A stretch of 64,000 nt of DNA from Escherichia phage SD2, in sequence record PQ821640; one strand, 5' to 3'. How positions within the stretch are numbered: the first letter of the stretch is position 1; each line of letters opens with the position of its first letter. The position numbers were made by a program, and so were the translations under genes. Below the pieces are notes generated by a model that saw nothing but the letters and a program-made list of their open reading frames with translations, was not told the DNA's origin and made no database searches. Shown piece after piece: positions 1 through 9,068 of the stretch.

Positions 1-212
1 TAAAAGTCATCTAAATCAACAATAATCTTAACACCTTGTGCCTTCAGGCGTTTAACTTCGTCTGATCCACGAGAATACACTCTATTAAAAACTAAAACGT
101 CTTTCTTAGGCTTAAACGTATTTCCCGCAAATGGCATTACAATACGATGGTAATCACAACCACTGCCTAACTTATTATCACACTTAAGTACAGGAGTATT
201 AGGATTTACCAT
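1..212 (-). CDS. hypothetical protein, N-terminal part only (gene runs off window start)
   Basis: Reverse-strand ATG near 210-212 preceded by GGAGG; frame open to position 1; absent from ORF track because there is no in-window stop. Confidence 0.4.
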   Translation of the reverse strand, partial: MVNPNTPVLKCDNKLGSGCDYHRIVMPFAGNTFKPKKDVLVFNRVYSRGSDEVKRLKAQGVKIIVDLDDF

Positions 213-885
213 ATTTTTGAGCCTCCTCATAAGAGATAAAAGTTTTACCATTGCGAAGATCCTCCAGTGATTGTTTATATTGTTCCCAGTTTACACCAAT
301 CCCCTGTTCTTTCTCTTCTTTTGACAGATTTGCAAAAGGTAAAGGATTATCTCCAAACACATCGTCAGGATGGATAAACGCCATAATTCGAATAGGACAT
401 GGTACGCCGTGAATACCTCGGTTCAAACCTGCCAGTGGAACGCGCTGAATCCACTCTGCATCTTCATATCCATAACCGTGGGTGTATGAACGGAAATAGC
501 CAGCTTTCTCAATAACTGCACGGGAATACATACCGAACTGGCACATACCTAGTTCCCAAATAACCACTTCACCTTCAATACCTTTTACTTTATCTTTAAA
601 GTATTCAGGCATACCAAAGAAATCCCAACCATTTTCCTTAGCCTGTTTTACAAAATATGTTTCCCAACCTGGCACAACCGGATAACAATCATCATCAAAA
701 ATAAACCAGTAATCATACCCTTCATCATAAAACTTTTTCATCAGTTCATTACGGGCATATGCAACACCTTTTCGTTCCCGATCATACTGTACAACAAAAG
801 TAGCATTAGGATCAGTCACAAGATAATCTTTAAGAGGACGCTTACCTACAGTAATAACACCAACACCAATTTTTGTATTTTCCAA
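199..885 (-). CDS. putative glycosyltransferase (GT-A-like, DxD motif)
   Basis: ORF track 228 aa; motifs WFIFDDDCYP and YGYEDAEW. Confidence 0.45.
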   Translation of the reverse strand: MENTKIGVGVITVGKRPLKDYLVTDPNATFVVQYDRERKGVAYARNELMKKFYDEGYDYWFIFDDDCYPVVPGWETYFVKQAKENGWDFFGMPEYFKDKVKGIEGEVVIWELGMCQFGMYSRAVIEKAGYFRSYTHGYGYEDAEWIQRVPLAGLNRGIHGVPCPIRIMAFIHPDDVFGDNPLPFANLSKEEKEQGIGVNWEQYKQSLEDLRNGKTFISYEEAQKYGKS

Positions 886-894
886 AATAACTCC

Positions 895-1458
895 TTAAAT
901 AATTTTATTCATGTCTTGACAATGTAAAAGGTGTGAAACAGCTTTCCTAGGATCATCACTACCTAAACGGTATGTGTGAAATAAATATAGCCCACGTAAT
1001 AAACCTAGCCTTTTATTGTTAGCGTGTAATGCTTTAGAGAAAATTATATCAAACTGTATTGATCTTTCCTCAAAAGGGATTTCATTCCACAGACTCTTAC
1101 GAAAGAGAAGAAAGAATCCTGCTAAGATAGCATCTGTAGGTACTTCCTCTATTGAGTTTCCCCATTCTAGATGTGCTCTTTTTGCAATCTCAATGTGGTG
1201 TAATATATTTGGATCTTCACTTCTTTCATTATTAAATAATTGATATGTTGATCCCAATCTATTACAAGATGCACCAAGAACATCAAAATCAGGATTTGAA
1301 CGGACTATTGATTCCAACCAAGCAGGTTGTTCTGGAAGAAGAAACATTGTATCAATGTCTCTTAGGCAAATCCAACTATCTTCTGGTAAGACACTTATTG
1401 TGTCATTGATACCTTTTCCAATATCTCCAGAAAGATAGGGAGTTATGTGAAATATCAT
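895..1458 (-). CDS. hypothetical protein (possibly glycosyltransferase-associated)
   Basis: ORF track 187 aa; compact spacing with flanking genes. Confidence 0.45.
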   Translation of the reverse strand: MIFHITPYLSGDIGKGINDTISVLPEDSWICLRDIDTMFLLPEQPAWLESIVRSNPDFDVLGASCNRLGSTYQLFNNERSEDPNILHHIEIAKRAHLEWGNSIEEVPTDAILAGFFLLFRKSLWNEIPFEERSIQFDIIFSKALHANNKRLGLLRGLYLFHTYRLGSDDPRKAVSHLLHCQDMNKII

Positions 1459-1515
1459 ACTCCCTCCGTATTATTACTTTAGCATTTTTAGACTAAAAAG
1501 TCCAAATGGTTTTAC

Positions 1516-1710
1516 CTATTGATTACGTTTTGCGAGTTCCATCTGGATAGCTAAACTGTGATCTCGTGCTTCCATATACTCTTTATATGTTTCATTAAGA
1601 TGATCACGACAAACATCACGCAGTTTAATCAGTTTATCTGTAGGGATACCACTAAGATCATCCCAAGACTTTACAACTTCACCAGTATCATTGATCCCAA
1701 TGGTTTTCAT
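1516..1710 (-). CDS. hypothetical protein
   Basis: ORF track 64 aa. Confidence 0.4.
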   Translation of the reverse strand: MKTIGINDTGEVVKSWDDLSGIPTDKLIKLRDVCRDHLNETYKEYMEARDHSLAIQMELAKRNQ

Positions 1711-1918
1711 CTACAACCTCCTTAATTGCTACAGCACAGTTTTTGCAGATACACTGCCCTTTACCTTTAGAAATCTGGATGTAAGGTTCATTTTCATTTT
1801 CGCCCTTACGTGAGTCATATATTACAGAATTGAAGCACACAACGCAAATATTTTTTAAGATTGTATACTTATCAACTTTCTTTTTTGTTTTAAAGTTAAC
1901 TTCAATAACATCAGCCAT
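1688..1918 (-). CDS. hypothetical Cys-rich small protein (CxxC...CxxC)
   Basis: ORF track frame; start moved to internal Met that abuts the upstream stop; CVVCFN and CICKNC motifs. Confidence 0.4.
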   Translation of the reverse strand: MADVIEVNFKTKKKVDKYTILKNICVVCFNSVIYDSRKGENENEPYIQISKGKGQCICKNCAVAIKEVVDENHWDQ

Positions 1919-2196
1919 TAGTGTAACACTCCCAGTATGTTGTTTTGTGACATAACCATAGAACATTCAACATTATCGTGACTACGTGAAAAACGTTCCC
2001 AAACATCTTCATCGACTCGTAAAGCTATACAAGGATAGACGTTATCATTGATCATTTCAATTGAATAAACATCCACATTGTCTTCGTCTTCGATGAACAT
2101 CATTGCAAACTGTTCTAAATGTTTCCTAATGTAATGTACATCCTCTTCTGTAAGACCAATAACAAGATAACTTGCAACGATAACGCCATCTTTCAT
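1918..2196 (-). CDS. hypothetical protein
   Basis: ORF track 92 aa. Confidence 0.45.
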   Translation of the reverse strand: MKDGVIVASYLVIGLTEEDVHYIRKHLEQFAMMFIEDEDNVDVYSIEMINDNVYPCIALRVDEDVWERFSRSHDNVECSMVMSQNNILGVLH

Positions 2197-2206
2197 CTAT
2201 ATCTCC

Positions 2207-2716
2207 TTAGCGATAGAATTGATGTTCTTTGTAGCGGTACACTAGAACCATATCTTTTTCCCAGTGTGCTCTTATTGTAGATTTTTTAAAGTATAATGCT
2301 CCTTTTGTAATATCTAATGCAATTCGTAATTCTGGAAAATGGTTATCGAGATAAAGTAGACGTTCTGCTATAGCTTTAGCGTCTTTCCACTTATCGTGTT
2401 CCATAACGTTGAATGTCTTCGTGTAAGAGAATTGTCCTTTCTGAAACAAAACTTCTTTTATAGTATCAGGGAAATATGAATCTCTAGCCCTATTCAATAC
2501 TACATTACCAACAGCAGACATACCGCGCTTTCCTTGATTACGACTTTCTGCATAGATTGCACAAGCTAATAGATTTTCTTTACTATCACGCTTTGTACAC
2601 TTGTGAACTACTTTAGCAGTTTTTACGTTTGCAGCTTCGGCTTGCGCCACAACAGGTGTAAATGTAAAAGCAGTTAAGGATAGTAACGCAATTGCGACAA
2701 AGGTTTTTATTGACAA
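2207..2716 (-). CDS. secreted SleB/CwlJ-like cell wall hydrolase
   Basis: N-terminal signal peptide (AQAEAA cleavage region); motifs CAIYAESRNQG and VGNVVLNR typical of SleB/CwlJ family. Confidence 0.55.
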   Translation of the reverse strand: MSIKTFVAIALLSLTAFTFTPVVAQAEAANVKTAKVVHKCTKRDSKENLLACAIYAESRNQGKRGMSAVGNVVLNRARDSYFPDTIKEVLFQKGQFSYTKTFNVMEHDKWKDAKAIAERLLYLDNHFPELRIALDITKGALYFKKSTIRAHWEKDMVLVYRYKEHQFYR

Positions 2717-2768
2717 ACTTGCCTCCTATTTTGTTAAACGAACTTTTATTGTAACACAGAAGAGGCTA

Positions 2769-2790
2769 TTTTGCAAGTGGAGGGGGATTA
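2769..2790 (-). terminator. GC hairpin downstream of gene 2810-3412 (weak U-tract)
   Basis: GGAGGGGGATTATCCCCCCTC palindrome. Confidence 0.3.
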
Positions 2791-2809
2791 TCCCCCCTCT
2801 TACACTCTG

Positions 2810-3412
2810 TTAGATATTGTAAACCTTTGTATGAGTTACTACACCATCTTCTACAAAATCAATACGTTCTTGATCCGTGACTAGTGCAGACAACACTTTA
2901 AATTTAATTTTTACACGTTCAAAAGCTGGTTGACCATCTTTAAGATAATTATGTTCAGTTGTCACTGTCTTGTTTACAAAATCAACTTTTGCTTTACCGT
3001 TTTCGCGTAAGTGGAATGTTTTTCCTGCTTTATACACAATTTCAACATTACCTTCGAGAGTAATTCCTTCAAAAAGTTCACCATCTTCTTCATTTTCTTC
3101 ACTTTTGAACAGACGACGAAACTCTTCCATATCAAGATAAACAACATCTTCAGAATAACTATCAGTAAGATATGTCTTACCCTCCATTAACCCGAAATAT
3201 TGCCAGATTGCCGAATAAACATCACTAGATGATCCAAGGGTTTCTCTGAGTTTAGTTCCACGGATTACTTCATAAACTTCAAAATTGAAACCAGACTGCA
3301 AAGCATCAAACAGCACATCACTAACTTCTAAAGCATAATCTTCATTGTTGTCAATATCTACAAGAAAATTGCCGCTACGAATAAGTTTTTGACCTTCTAA
3401 AGTAATACCCAT
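2810..3412 (-). CDS. hypothetical protein
   Basis: ORF track 200 aa. Confidence 0.5.
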   Translation of the reverse strand: MGITLEGQKLIRSGNFLVDIDNNEDYALEVSDVLFDALQSGFNFEVYEVIRGTKLRETLGSSSDVYSAIWQYFGLMEGKTYLTDSYSEDVVYLDMEEFRRLFKSEENEEDGELFEGITLEGNVEIVYKAGKTFHLRENGKAKVDFVNKTVTTEHNYLKDGQPAFERVKIKFKVLSALVTDQERIDFVEDGVVTHTKVYNI

Positions 3413-3425
3413 TGTTTTCTCCTCT

Positions 3426-3455
3426 TTTATTTAAAATATGCGCCCCGAAGGGCGC
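3426..3455 (-). terminator. rho-independent terminator (bidirectional-looking)
   Basis: GCGCCCCGAAGGGCGC hairpin flanked by A/T runs. Confidence 0.6.
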
Positions 3456-3476
3456 TATGATTTATTACTTGACGTA

Positions 3477-4073
3477 TTACTCGAACCAATCGTCGCCAGC
3501 GCCAAACGCTTTAACTACATCGTAAATGTCAAGCCCAGCTTTACCGACACCATACGCTTTCAGTTTCCATTCGCTATCTTCTCGCACCAGGGAGGCAACG
3601 TGGCAAATGGTGTTACCTGCAAGTTCTGGAGCCAAGAAGTCAAAGTCCAGCAGTTCAACATTACGTTCATCATCGAAGATTTTAAGGAAACCTTCGGTAG
3701 CGTGACCAAGGCGTTTCTTACCCGTTTCGTCATCAATAGTAATTACGAATGCAATTTCTTGTGCTTCAGCAGAGATATTATCCAGAGTAACATCAATCTG
3801 CTCCATCTGTCCTACACCATCACGAACATCTTCACCTGCAAAAGTAGAACGTTCAGGATCAAATTTCTGCGCGTAGCACACCAGGTGACGAGGAGACAAC
3901 AGTTCCGGCAGACCAGATGCATTGTGTCGGCAAATCAGAGCACTAACATCCAGATCCAGTTTTTCGTTAGATTTCCAAGAGAATTCCAGACGAATGCGTT
4001 TCAGTGCTGGTGCGATCTTTTTCAGAGAAACTTTTTCGCTAGAACCTTTTTTCAGGGAAATTTTCTGAGTCAT
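3477..4073 (-). CDS. terD: TerD-family stress protein
   Basis: 198 aa; N-terminal ISLKKG..KVSLKK, LDLDVSAL, C-terminal EWKLKAYG typical of the TerD domain. Confidence 0.8.
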   Translation of the reverse strand: MTQKISLKKGSSEKVSLKKIAPALKRIRLEFSWKSNEKLDLDVSALICRHNASGLPELLSPRHLVCYAQKFDPERSTFAGEDVRDGVGQMEQIDVTLDNISAEAQEIAFVITIDDETGKKRLGHATEGFLKIFDDERNVELLDFDFLAPELAGNTICHVASLVREDSEWKLKAYGVGKAGLDIYDVVKAFGAGDDWFE

Positions 4074-4145
4074 AATTTATTATCTCCTTTGTTATTAATT
4101 TACGTTGTCTATTTTACTAATCTTTTCTACAAAGTCAAGCGTTTT

Positions 4146-4940
4146 TTACGCTTTTGCTCCGAATTTTTTAACCCACTCACCAAACTCTTCGGATAACAGT
4201 TTATCGTAAAGTTCTTCATCAGACAAGGACAAATCTGCAATACCGATAAAATCAACATTATCGTACTCTTTTGCCAAGTCTTTCAGGAATTTAAAGTTTG
4301 CATTACCTACACCAACCATAAACCAGTAAACAGGCGTATTGCGGTGTTTGTTCAGTAAGCTACGTACTGCTGAAGTATCCATGTTTTCCCCGTCAGTCTG
4401 GAAGAAAATCATTGCAGGAGTACGATCAACTTGTGCATTAGTATCTACAACCTGTTCTACAACAGTACGTGTTACTTCTACAAGTTCTTTTTTACCAGTT
4501 AGTTTAGCAAGGAAACCCTTAGCTGGGACTTCTTCATACTCAACGACTTCGCGTGTAATATTTTTCATAGGTACACTACCGAAGTATGTATCATAGATCT
4601 CCTGCATTACTGGAGCATAAGCAGTACCACCGTTGATGCAAACATTAGACATGCAAGAGCCGACATAATCATCATACACATCAGCCGTTGCAGGGGGCAG
4701 TTCAAAAGAAGAACTATTGAAAGCCCACATGTCAATCTGTGCATTGTCATCAAACTTCATACCAAACGGCAGCAGTTTACCTACAAAATCACTAACAGTG
4801 CCATCACGATACAGCTCACACATACTACCCGAAATATCTAAGGCGCTACCGACACGAAGAACAACATCGTTAATCTTTTTCTTACGCAGAGATACAGTAA
4901 GAGTTTCTTGACGTTTTTTAAGACTGATTTTATTGGACAT
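4146..4940 (-). CDS. vWA-domain protein (TerY/TerF-like, MIDAS motif)
   Basis: 264 aa; DISGSM MIDAS-like motif; N-terminal ISLKK repeat; sits between TerD and TelA-like genes. Confidence 0.6.
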   Translation of the reverse strand: MSNKISLKKRQETLTVSLRKKKINDVVLRVGSALDISGSMCELYRDGTVSDFVGKLLPFGMKFDDNAQIDMWAFNSSSFELPPATADVYDDYVGSCMSNVCINGGTAYAPVMQEIYDTYFGSVPMKNITREVVEYEEVPAKGFLAKLTGKKELVEVTRTVVEQVVDTNAQVDRTPAMIFFQTDGENMDTSAVRSLLNKHRNTPVYWFMVGVGNANFKFLKDLAKEYDNVDFIGIADLSLSDEELYDKLLSEEFGEWVKKFGAKA

Positions 4941-4941
4941 A

Positions 4942-5211
4942 TTATTTCTCCTTTCTGAGTGTAATGTTAGTAACTTCTAAATCCACTTCGACTACTTCTG
5001 TATCATATAAAATACAGTTAAGTTGACCTCTTTGTGAACCGTTCAGACACATTGCTTGGTTTGTATTAACCTTAATAAACACTAAGTTTCTGAACGTATC
5101 TAAACCAGAATCTTGATAGGCAACATAATATACGAATGTATCACCTGCGTCAAGTTCTCCAAAACATTTAGGTTCATCTGATTTGTCGTCTTTGATATTA
5201 AATTTAAGCAC
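4942..5211 (-). CDS. hypothetical protein
   Basis: ORF track 89 aa. Confidence 0.45.
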   Translation of the reverse strand: MLKFNIKDDKSDEPKCFGELDAGDTFVYYVAYQDSGLDTFRNLVFIKVNTNQAMCLNGSQRGQLNCILYDTEVVEVDLEVTNITLRKEK

Positions 5212-5767
5212 TGTCTTCTCCTTTACCTGCCCTCCAGCCTAAATAGAAAGCCTCTCTGGTGATCTTTTGCAACTCGTTTAAAGAGATAGTTACAACTAAA
5301 TCATCTTCAATCTCTAGCTTTGAGTCTTCTTCTGTCTCAATGCAAGTATTATGCACTTTGTGGTAAGGTTTGTCAACACGTTTAAATTTATTATTTTCAA
5401 TACTGAAGAAGCAATCTGGATCTTCTTCTCCATCACCCCAGCCCTGGTTAGGGTCTTCTTCAGATCTTTCTGTTGGGATCTCACCTGTAAAGTGCTCTTC
5501 TAATATCATAGCGATACCATCTCCAAGATCGGAAGAGAACATCAAGTTACAAACTTCTTCCCAAGGCATAGACCACTTAAATCTTTTACGATTGCCATGT
5601 TTATCTTCTTCGTTAGAGAAAACACTACCATAGCTATCATAATTGCCATACATCTCTTCAACAACTTTACCACCTTTCAAAAGAAATAGGTAGCAAGGAG
5701 AGCCATCGAAAGAGGTAGAAAGAGCAGCATTACCAGACTCTTTGCACAAGAAACTAAAACACCCCAT
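5204..5767 (-). CDS. hypothetical acidic protein
   Basis: ORF track 187 aa. Confidence 0.45.
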   Translation of the reverse strand: MGCFSFLCKESGNAALSTSFDGSPCYLFLLKGGKVVEEMYGNYDSYGSVFSNEEDKHGNRKRFKWSMPWEEVCNLMFSSDLGDGIAMILEEHFTGEIPTERSEEDPNQGWGDGEEDPDCFFSIENNKFKRVDKPYHKVHNTCIETEEDSKLEIEDDLVVTISLNELQKITREAFYLGWRAGKGEDSA

Positions 5768-5967
5768 TATACACCAGCCTTAAGATCAATTAAGGCCAAA
5801 GTTGTTTCAGAATGTGTTGGCTCGTCTACAGGTGCAGTCATATGATAATACAAAAAGTTTTCGGCATCATACCAATTTGACTCTTGACATTGTTTCCAAC
5901 CATCAATGAAAGCATCTTCCATAATGGTTTGTAATTCTTCACGAGTTAAGTGAATATCTTTATTCAT
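5767..5967 (-). CDS. hypothetical protein
   Basis: ORF track 66 aa; start/stop overlap with neighbours. Confidence 0.4.
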   Translation of the reverse strand: MNKDIHLTREELQTIMEDAFIDGWKQCQESNWYDAENFLYYHMTAPVDEPTHSETTLALIDLKAGV

Positions 5968-6200
5968 TACACATTCTCCTCTTTTACCAAATCCATCGTT
6001 GAACTATCAAAACCATCTTTAGAAGAATAGGTATAGACAGAACGTAGTTCTCGCAGGACAGTAAATACATTAGGATCATCTAACCAAGCATCCTGGAGGA
6101 GAACATAACGATCTTCATTGTCGTACTGGACAGCGATCATAGAACCAGACAGTTTGTAAATTTTAATATTCATAATATATTTCTCCTTAAAGTAGACCAC
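5967..6200 (-). CDS. hypothetical protein
   Basis: ORF track 77 aa. Confidence 0.4.
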   Translation of the reverse strand: MVYFKEKYIMNIKIYKLSGSMIAVQYDNEDRYVLLQDAWLDDPNVFTVLRELRSVYTYSSKDGFDSSTMDLVKEENV

Positions 6201-7290
6201 GTTTAACAGTTTGAATCATACCATCTTCAAGAGATTGTACTTCTTGAATGTAATCAATACGAGCAGCACGGGCTTCAGTGTTGATCCGATTAGTTTCTTC
6301 CAACATTTTAACTAAGTTTTCTTGATCGCGACGTAATGTCTCAATATCCAATACTTGACGATTAGCAAGTTGTGTAGCTTCAATTTGGTTTTGTGCAGCC
6401 AGATCACTACCCATTGCAATAGCAGCATTAAATTCATTCAGTACATTGTTCTGTGTATCGGCTGCTTTCTTCTGGCGTAGACTTTCAATATACATAGAAA
6501 AGTTTGCAGAGTAAGCAGGAATAACATTATTCACAATATTACGGGCTGATCGCATCAAACTTGCAGATACTTTCTGCATACTTTGTACACGTGGCCCCAT
6601 CTGAACACACAGTAAACGCAAGGCTTTCAGGTCTGCAATACGAATTTCAAGCAGATCCATAGTATCACGAGTACGTTGACGCTCTTCTACTTCATTTTCA
6701 GGTAGTGTATTAAGGCGAACTTCTTCTTTTTCATAAGTAGCTGTTAGAAGCTCTATATCCCTGTTTAAGCTAAGAGCATATTTTGCAATAGCCTCTTCTA
6801 AACGTTGCAGATATCGTAAAGAATCTTCTTCTTTTTTCAAGTCTGTTTGGAGTGTCTTTACCAAACCTTCAATACGATTATTGATGGTGTCAAATTCACC
6901 AAACAAATCTTCTTTCATACCTAATACTTTCTTAACTAGTTTACCTAAGCCTTTAGATTGTTTAATAGAATTAGGATCAAGTTGCTTTGCTTGCTTAATA
7001 AGTGCAGTTAAACGCTCACTCATTTCATCTCCCTGAGATGAACGCTGGTGTTTAAGCACTTCCGCATTAAGGTTACGAAGAGTAAGTCCTGCATCAGCAC
7101 CAACCTGTTCAATCTCTTCACGAGACATTGGAGGCAGCATTTGTACAGGTCGTGCAACAGCAGGGGCATATACAGGGCTTGCATCCATAGCAGTTGGAGC
7201 AAACAAAGACTTACTTTTTTCTGTTGTTGCCGTGAATACACTCATTTCAGACGGTTTGCTTTTTACGGCACTGATAAAAGGACTGGACAT
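6187..7290 (-). CDS. TelA-like (toxic anion resistance) coiled-coil protein
   Basis: 367 aa, long helical/coiled-coil region, size and composition like TelA/KlaA; Ter-gene context. Confidence 0.5.
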   Translation of the reverse strand: MSSPFISAVKSKPSEMSVFTATTEKSKSLFAPTAMDASPVYAPAVARPVQMLPPMSREEIEQVGADAGLTLRNLNAEVLKHQRSSQGDEMSERLTALIKQAKQLDPNSIKQSKGLGKLVKKVLGMKEDLFGEFDTINNRIEGLVKTLQTDLKKEEDSLRYLQRLEEAIAKYALSLNRDIELLTATYEKEEVRLNTLPENEVEERQRTRDTMDLLEIRIADLKALRLLCVQMGPRVQSMQKVSASLMRSARNIVNNVIPAYSANFSMYIESLRQKKAADTQNNVLNEFNAAIAMGSDLAAQNQIEATQLANRQVLDIETLRRDQENLVKMLEETNRINTEARAARIDYIQEVQSLEDGMIQTVKRGLL

Positions 7291-7358
7291 TCAATTTCCT
7301 CCATATTCTTTAGTAGATGGTGATACCTCTGTACCACCATCATAACACAAATTAAGTA

Positions 7359-8210
7359 TTAAACAAACATATCTAAATAATTTGTAGTAATAAATGCTCC
7401 ATCTGCTTCCAGATTAACATAACCAGTAGCATTAGTGGTTAAGAAATCCAGATCGAAGGACTCTTTAACACCCCGTACCTCAACACGAGAGATATCGAAT
7501 ACAGGTAGTGTAACAGCCTCTTCGTGCAATACCGTACCTTTGTAGGTTGCCTTAATGATAAACTTGATATTACCCGTTCCCGCATCATACAAAACACTTT
7601 CAAACCCTTTGAGAGTATATTTATCACCAGAAGTGAAGTGCAAAGTTGCTTTGTTTACAGTACGTTTTTTACGAGGAGTTCCTTTCACACGTTTATGATC
7701 ACTACGTTTTTTGCATTTAGGAATGAATACAAACGATACACTCTCAAGAAAGGTATCAACATCAAGGATTTTAATATCCTCTGTTGCAGCAAATTTTGAA
7801 GTCGTTGCATCAAAATGCTTTCCCCTGCGATCATACATAAAGATATCAAACCGATCTTCTAAATCAAACAAATTGTGTATCTTAATTTCAGAATGCTTGC
7901 ACATTGCAGCAACCTTAAACTCTTCAAAACGTGGGTGTTCTACAAGCTCTTCAAGTTTTACACCAAAGACAGTATATTGTTTCGAAGTTTTTTCTGGCGT
8001 TGGCATTACAGAAGCATAATCACCGATTGCGCTTTTAAAGCAAAATTGTTCTTGACCTGTATTTTTACCAACGAATTTACAGTATTCATCATCGTGCATA
8101 CTTTCCTGGGTAGTACCAACAAACTCAAAACCATCCTTATTCTTCTCAAGAATTTCTTGATTAAAGATCCAACCTTCCAGGCGATACACTTTACCAACTT
8201 CTAGTTTCAT
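7359..8210 (-). CDS. hypothetical protein
   Basis: ORF track 283 aa; N-terminal GKVYR motif also seen in product of 45116-45568. Confidence 0.5.
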   Translation of the reverse strand: MKLEVGKVYRLEGWIFNQEILEKNKDGFEFVGTTQESMHDDEYCKFVGKNTGQEQFCFKSAIGDYASVMPTPEKTSKQYTVFGVKLEELVEHPRFEEFKVAAMCKHSEIKIHNLFDLEDRFDIFMYDRRGKHFDATTSKFAATEDIKILDVDTFLESVSFVFIPKCKKRSDHKRVKGTPRKKRTVNKATLHFTSGDKYTLKGFESVLYDAGTGNIKFIIKATYKGTVLHEEAVTLPVFDISRVEVRGVKESFDLDFLTTNATGYVNLEADGAFITTNYLDMFV

Positions 8211-8245
8211 CTGTTTCTCCTTCTTATTTAATCTGTATTAAATTA

Positions 8246-8836
8246 TTAACGACGACGTGAGCTACTAAAACTACGTTTCGATGAAGAATAACTTTTCGAA
8301 GACTTACTATAAGAGCTAATAGGGCTTGAGTAAGACTTACGAGCAGAGTAATTACTATTCACTTTTGTTGTTGATGGGCGTGAATACGTTTGTACACTTT
8401 GCTGCTTAATTGTGTTTTGTTTAGTGGTTGTATATGTATTCCCTTGTTTATCATAAAAACTATGCTTTTGTGTTGTATATGCTTTACTATTAGTTGTAGG
8501 AGCAGCGTTGTTATTAATAATTGTTGTATTGCTACCGCCATCTCTATAACCACCACCGCCACTATTACCACTCAACATATGACCAAGAAGCATACCTGTA
8601 GCAAATTCACCTACACCAGAAGAACCACTGCCGCCTCCTTGCACAACAACTGTTGAAGGTTGTGCAGGTGCTGCTTGAACAACTTGAGGCGCAGGTTGAT
8701 TTACATATTGTTCATCTACCATCTGATTTGGTGTTTGTTGGTAACGTTGGTTTTGTACACTTTCAGAATCATCACAACCTACCAGCAATGCACTGCCTAA
8801 AACAACTGCAACAATAAAAGATTTAATGTTTTTCAT
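8246..8836 (-). CDS. lipoprotein with Gly-rich and Ser/Tyr/Lys-rich low-complexity tail
   Basis: Start moved to second Met (RBS GAGAGGG); signal peptide with lipobox LLVGC. Confidence 0.55.
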   Translation of the reverse strand: MKNIKSFIVAVVLGSALLVGCDDSESVQNQRYQQTPNQMVDEQYVNQPAPQVVQAAPAQPSTVVVQGGGSGSSGVGEFATGMLLGHMLSGNSGGGGYRDGGSNTTIINNNAAPTTNSKAYTTQKHSFYDKQGNTYTTTKQNTIKQQSVQTYSRPSTTKVNSNYSARKSYSSPISSYSKSSKSYSSSKRSFSSSRRR

Positions 8837-9029
8837 CTGTAACCCTCTCATTTAAAGTCTCGACACAATTTTTAAAATCTCTAGAGAAACAATACATCTG
8901 TTCTCCGTTCCTGTTGATAGTAATTGTATGGTTATCAACATATGTTGTCAAGATAAAAATCAAACAAAATAACCCTAAAGCAAAACAAATATTTTCAAAC
9001 AGAATCCAAAGAACACGTAAAACCACCAT
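8823..9029 (-). CDS. small hydrophobic protein
   Basis: ORF track 68 aa; predicted TM segment; RBS-like GAGGTGA. Confidence 0.35.
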   Translation of the reverse strand: MVVLRVLWILFENICFALGLFCLIFILTTYVDNHTITINRNGEQMYCFSRDFKNCVETLNERVTDEKH

Positions 9030-9040
9030 CAGATCACCTC

Positions 9041-9061
9041 AATAAAGCCCCCGAAGGGGCT
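9041..9061 (-). terminator. rho-independent terminator after TerC gene
   Basis: GCCCCCGAAGGGGC hairpin followed on minus strand by TTTATT. Confidence 0.6.
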
Positions 9062-9068
9062 TAATGAA

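Noticed and set aside
1016-1243. Plus-strand ORFs embedded in the minus-strand block (for example 1016-1243, 4339-4596, 7048-7323, 9372-9731, 21942-22292)
   Set aside because: All lie antisense within longer, better-supported minus-strand genes and lack ribosome binding sites; treated as chance ORFs in AT-rich sequence.
3438-4196. 252-aa plus-strand ORF antisense to the TerD gene
   Set aside because: It fully overlaps a well-supported minus-strand gene with a recognisable TerD domain; it has no RBS and a low-complexity composition typical of a shadow frame.
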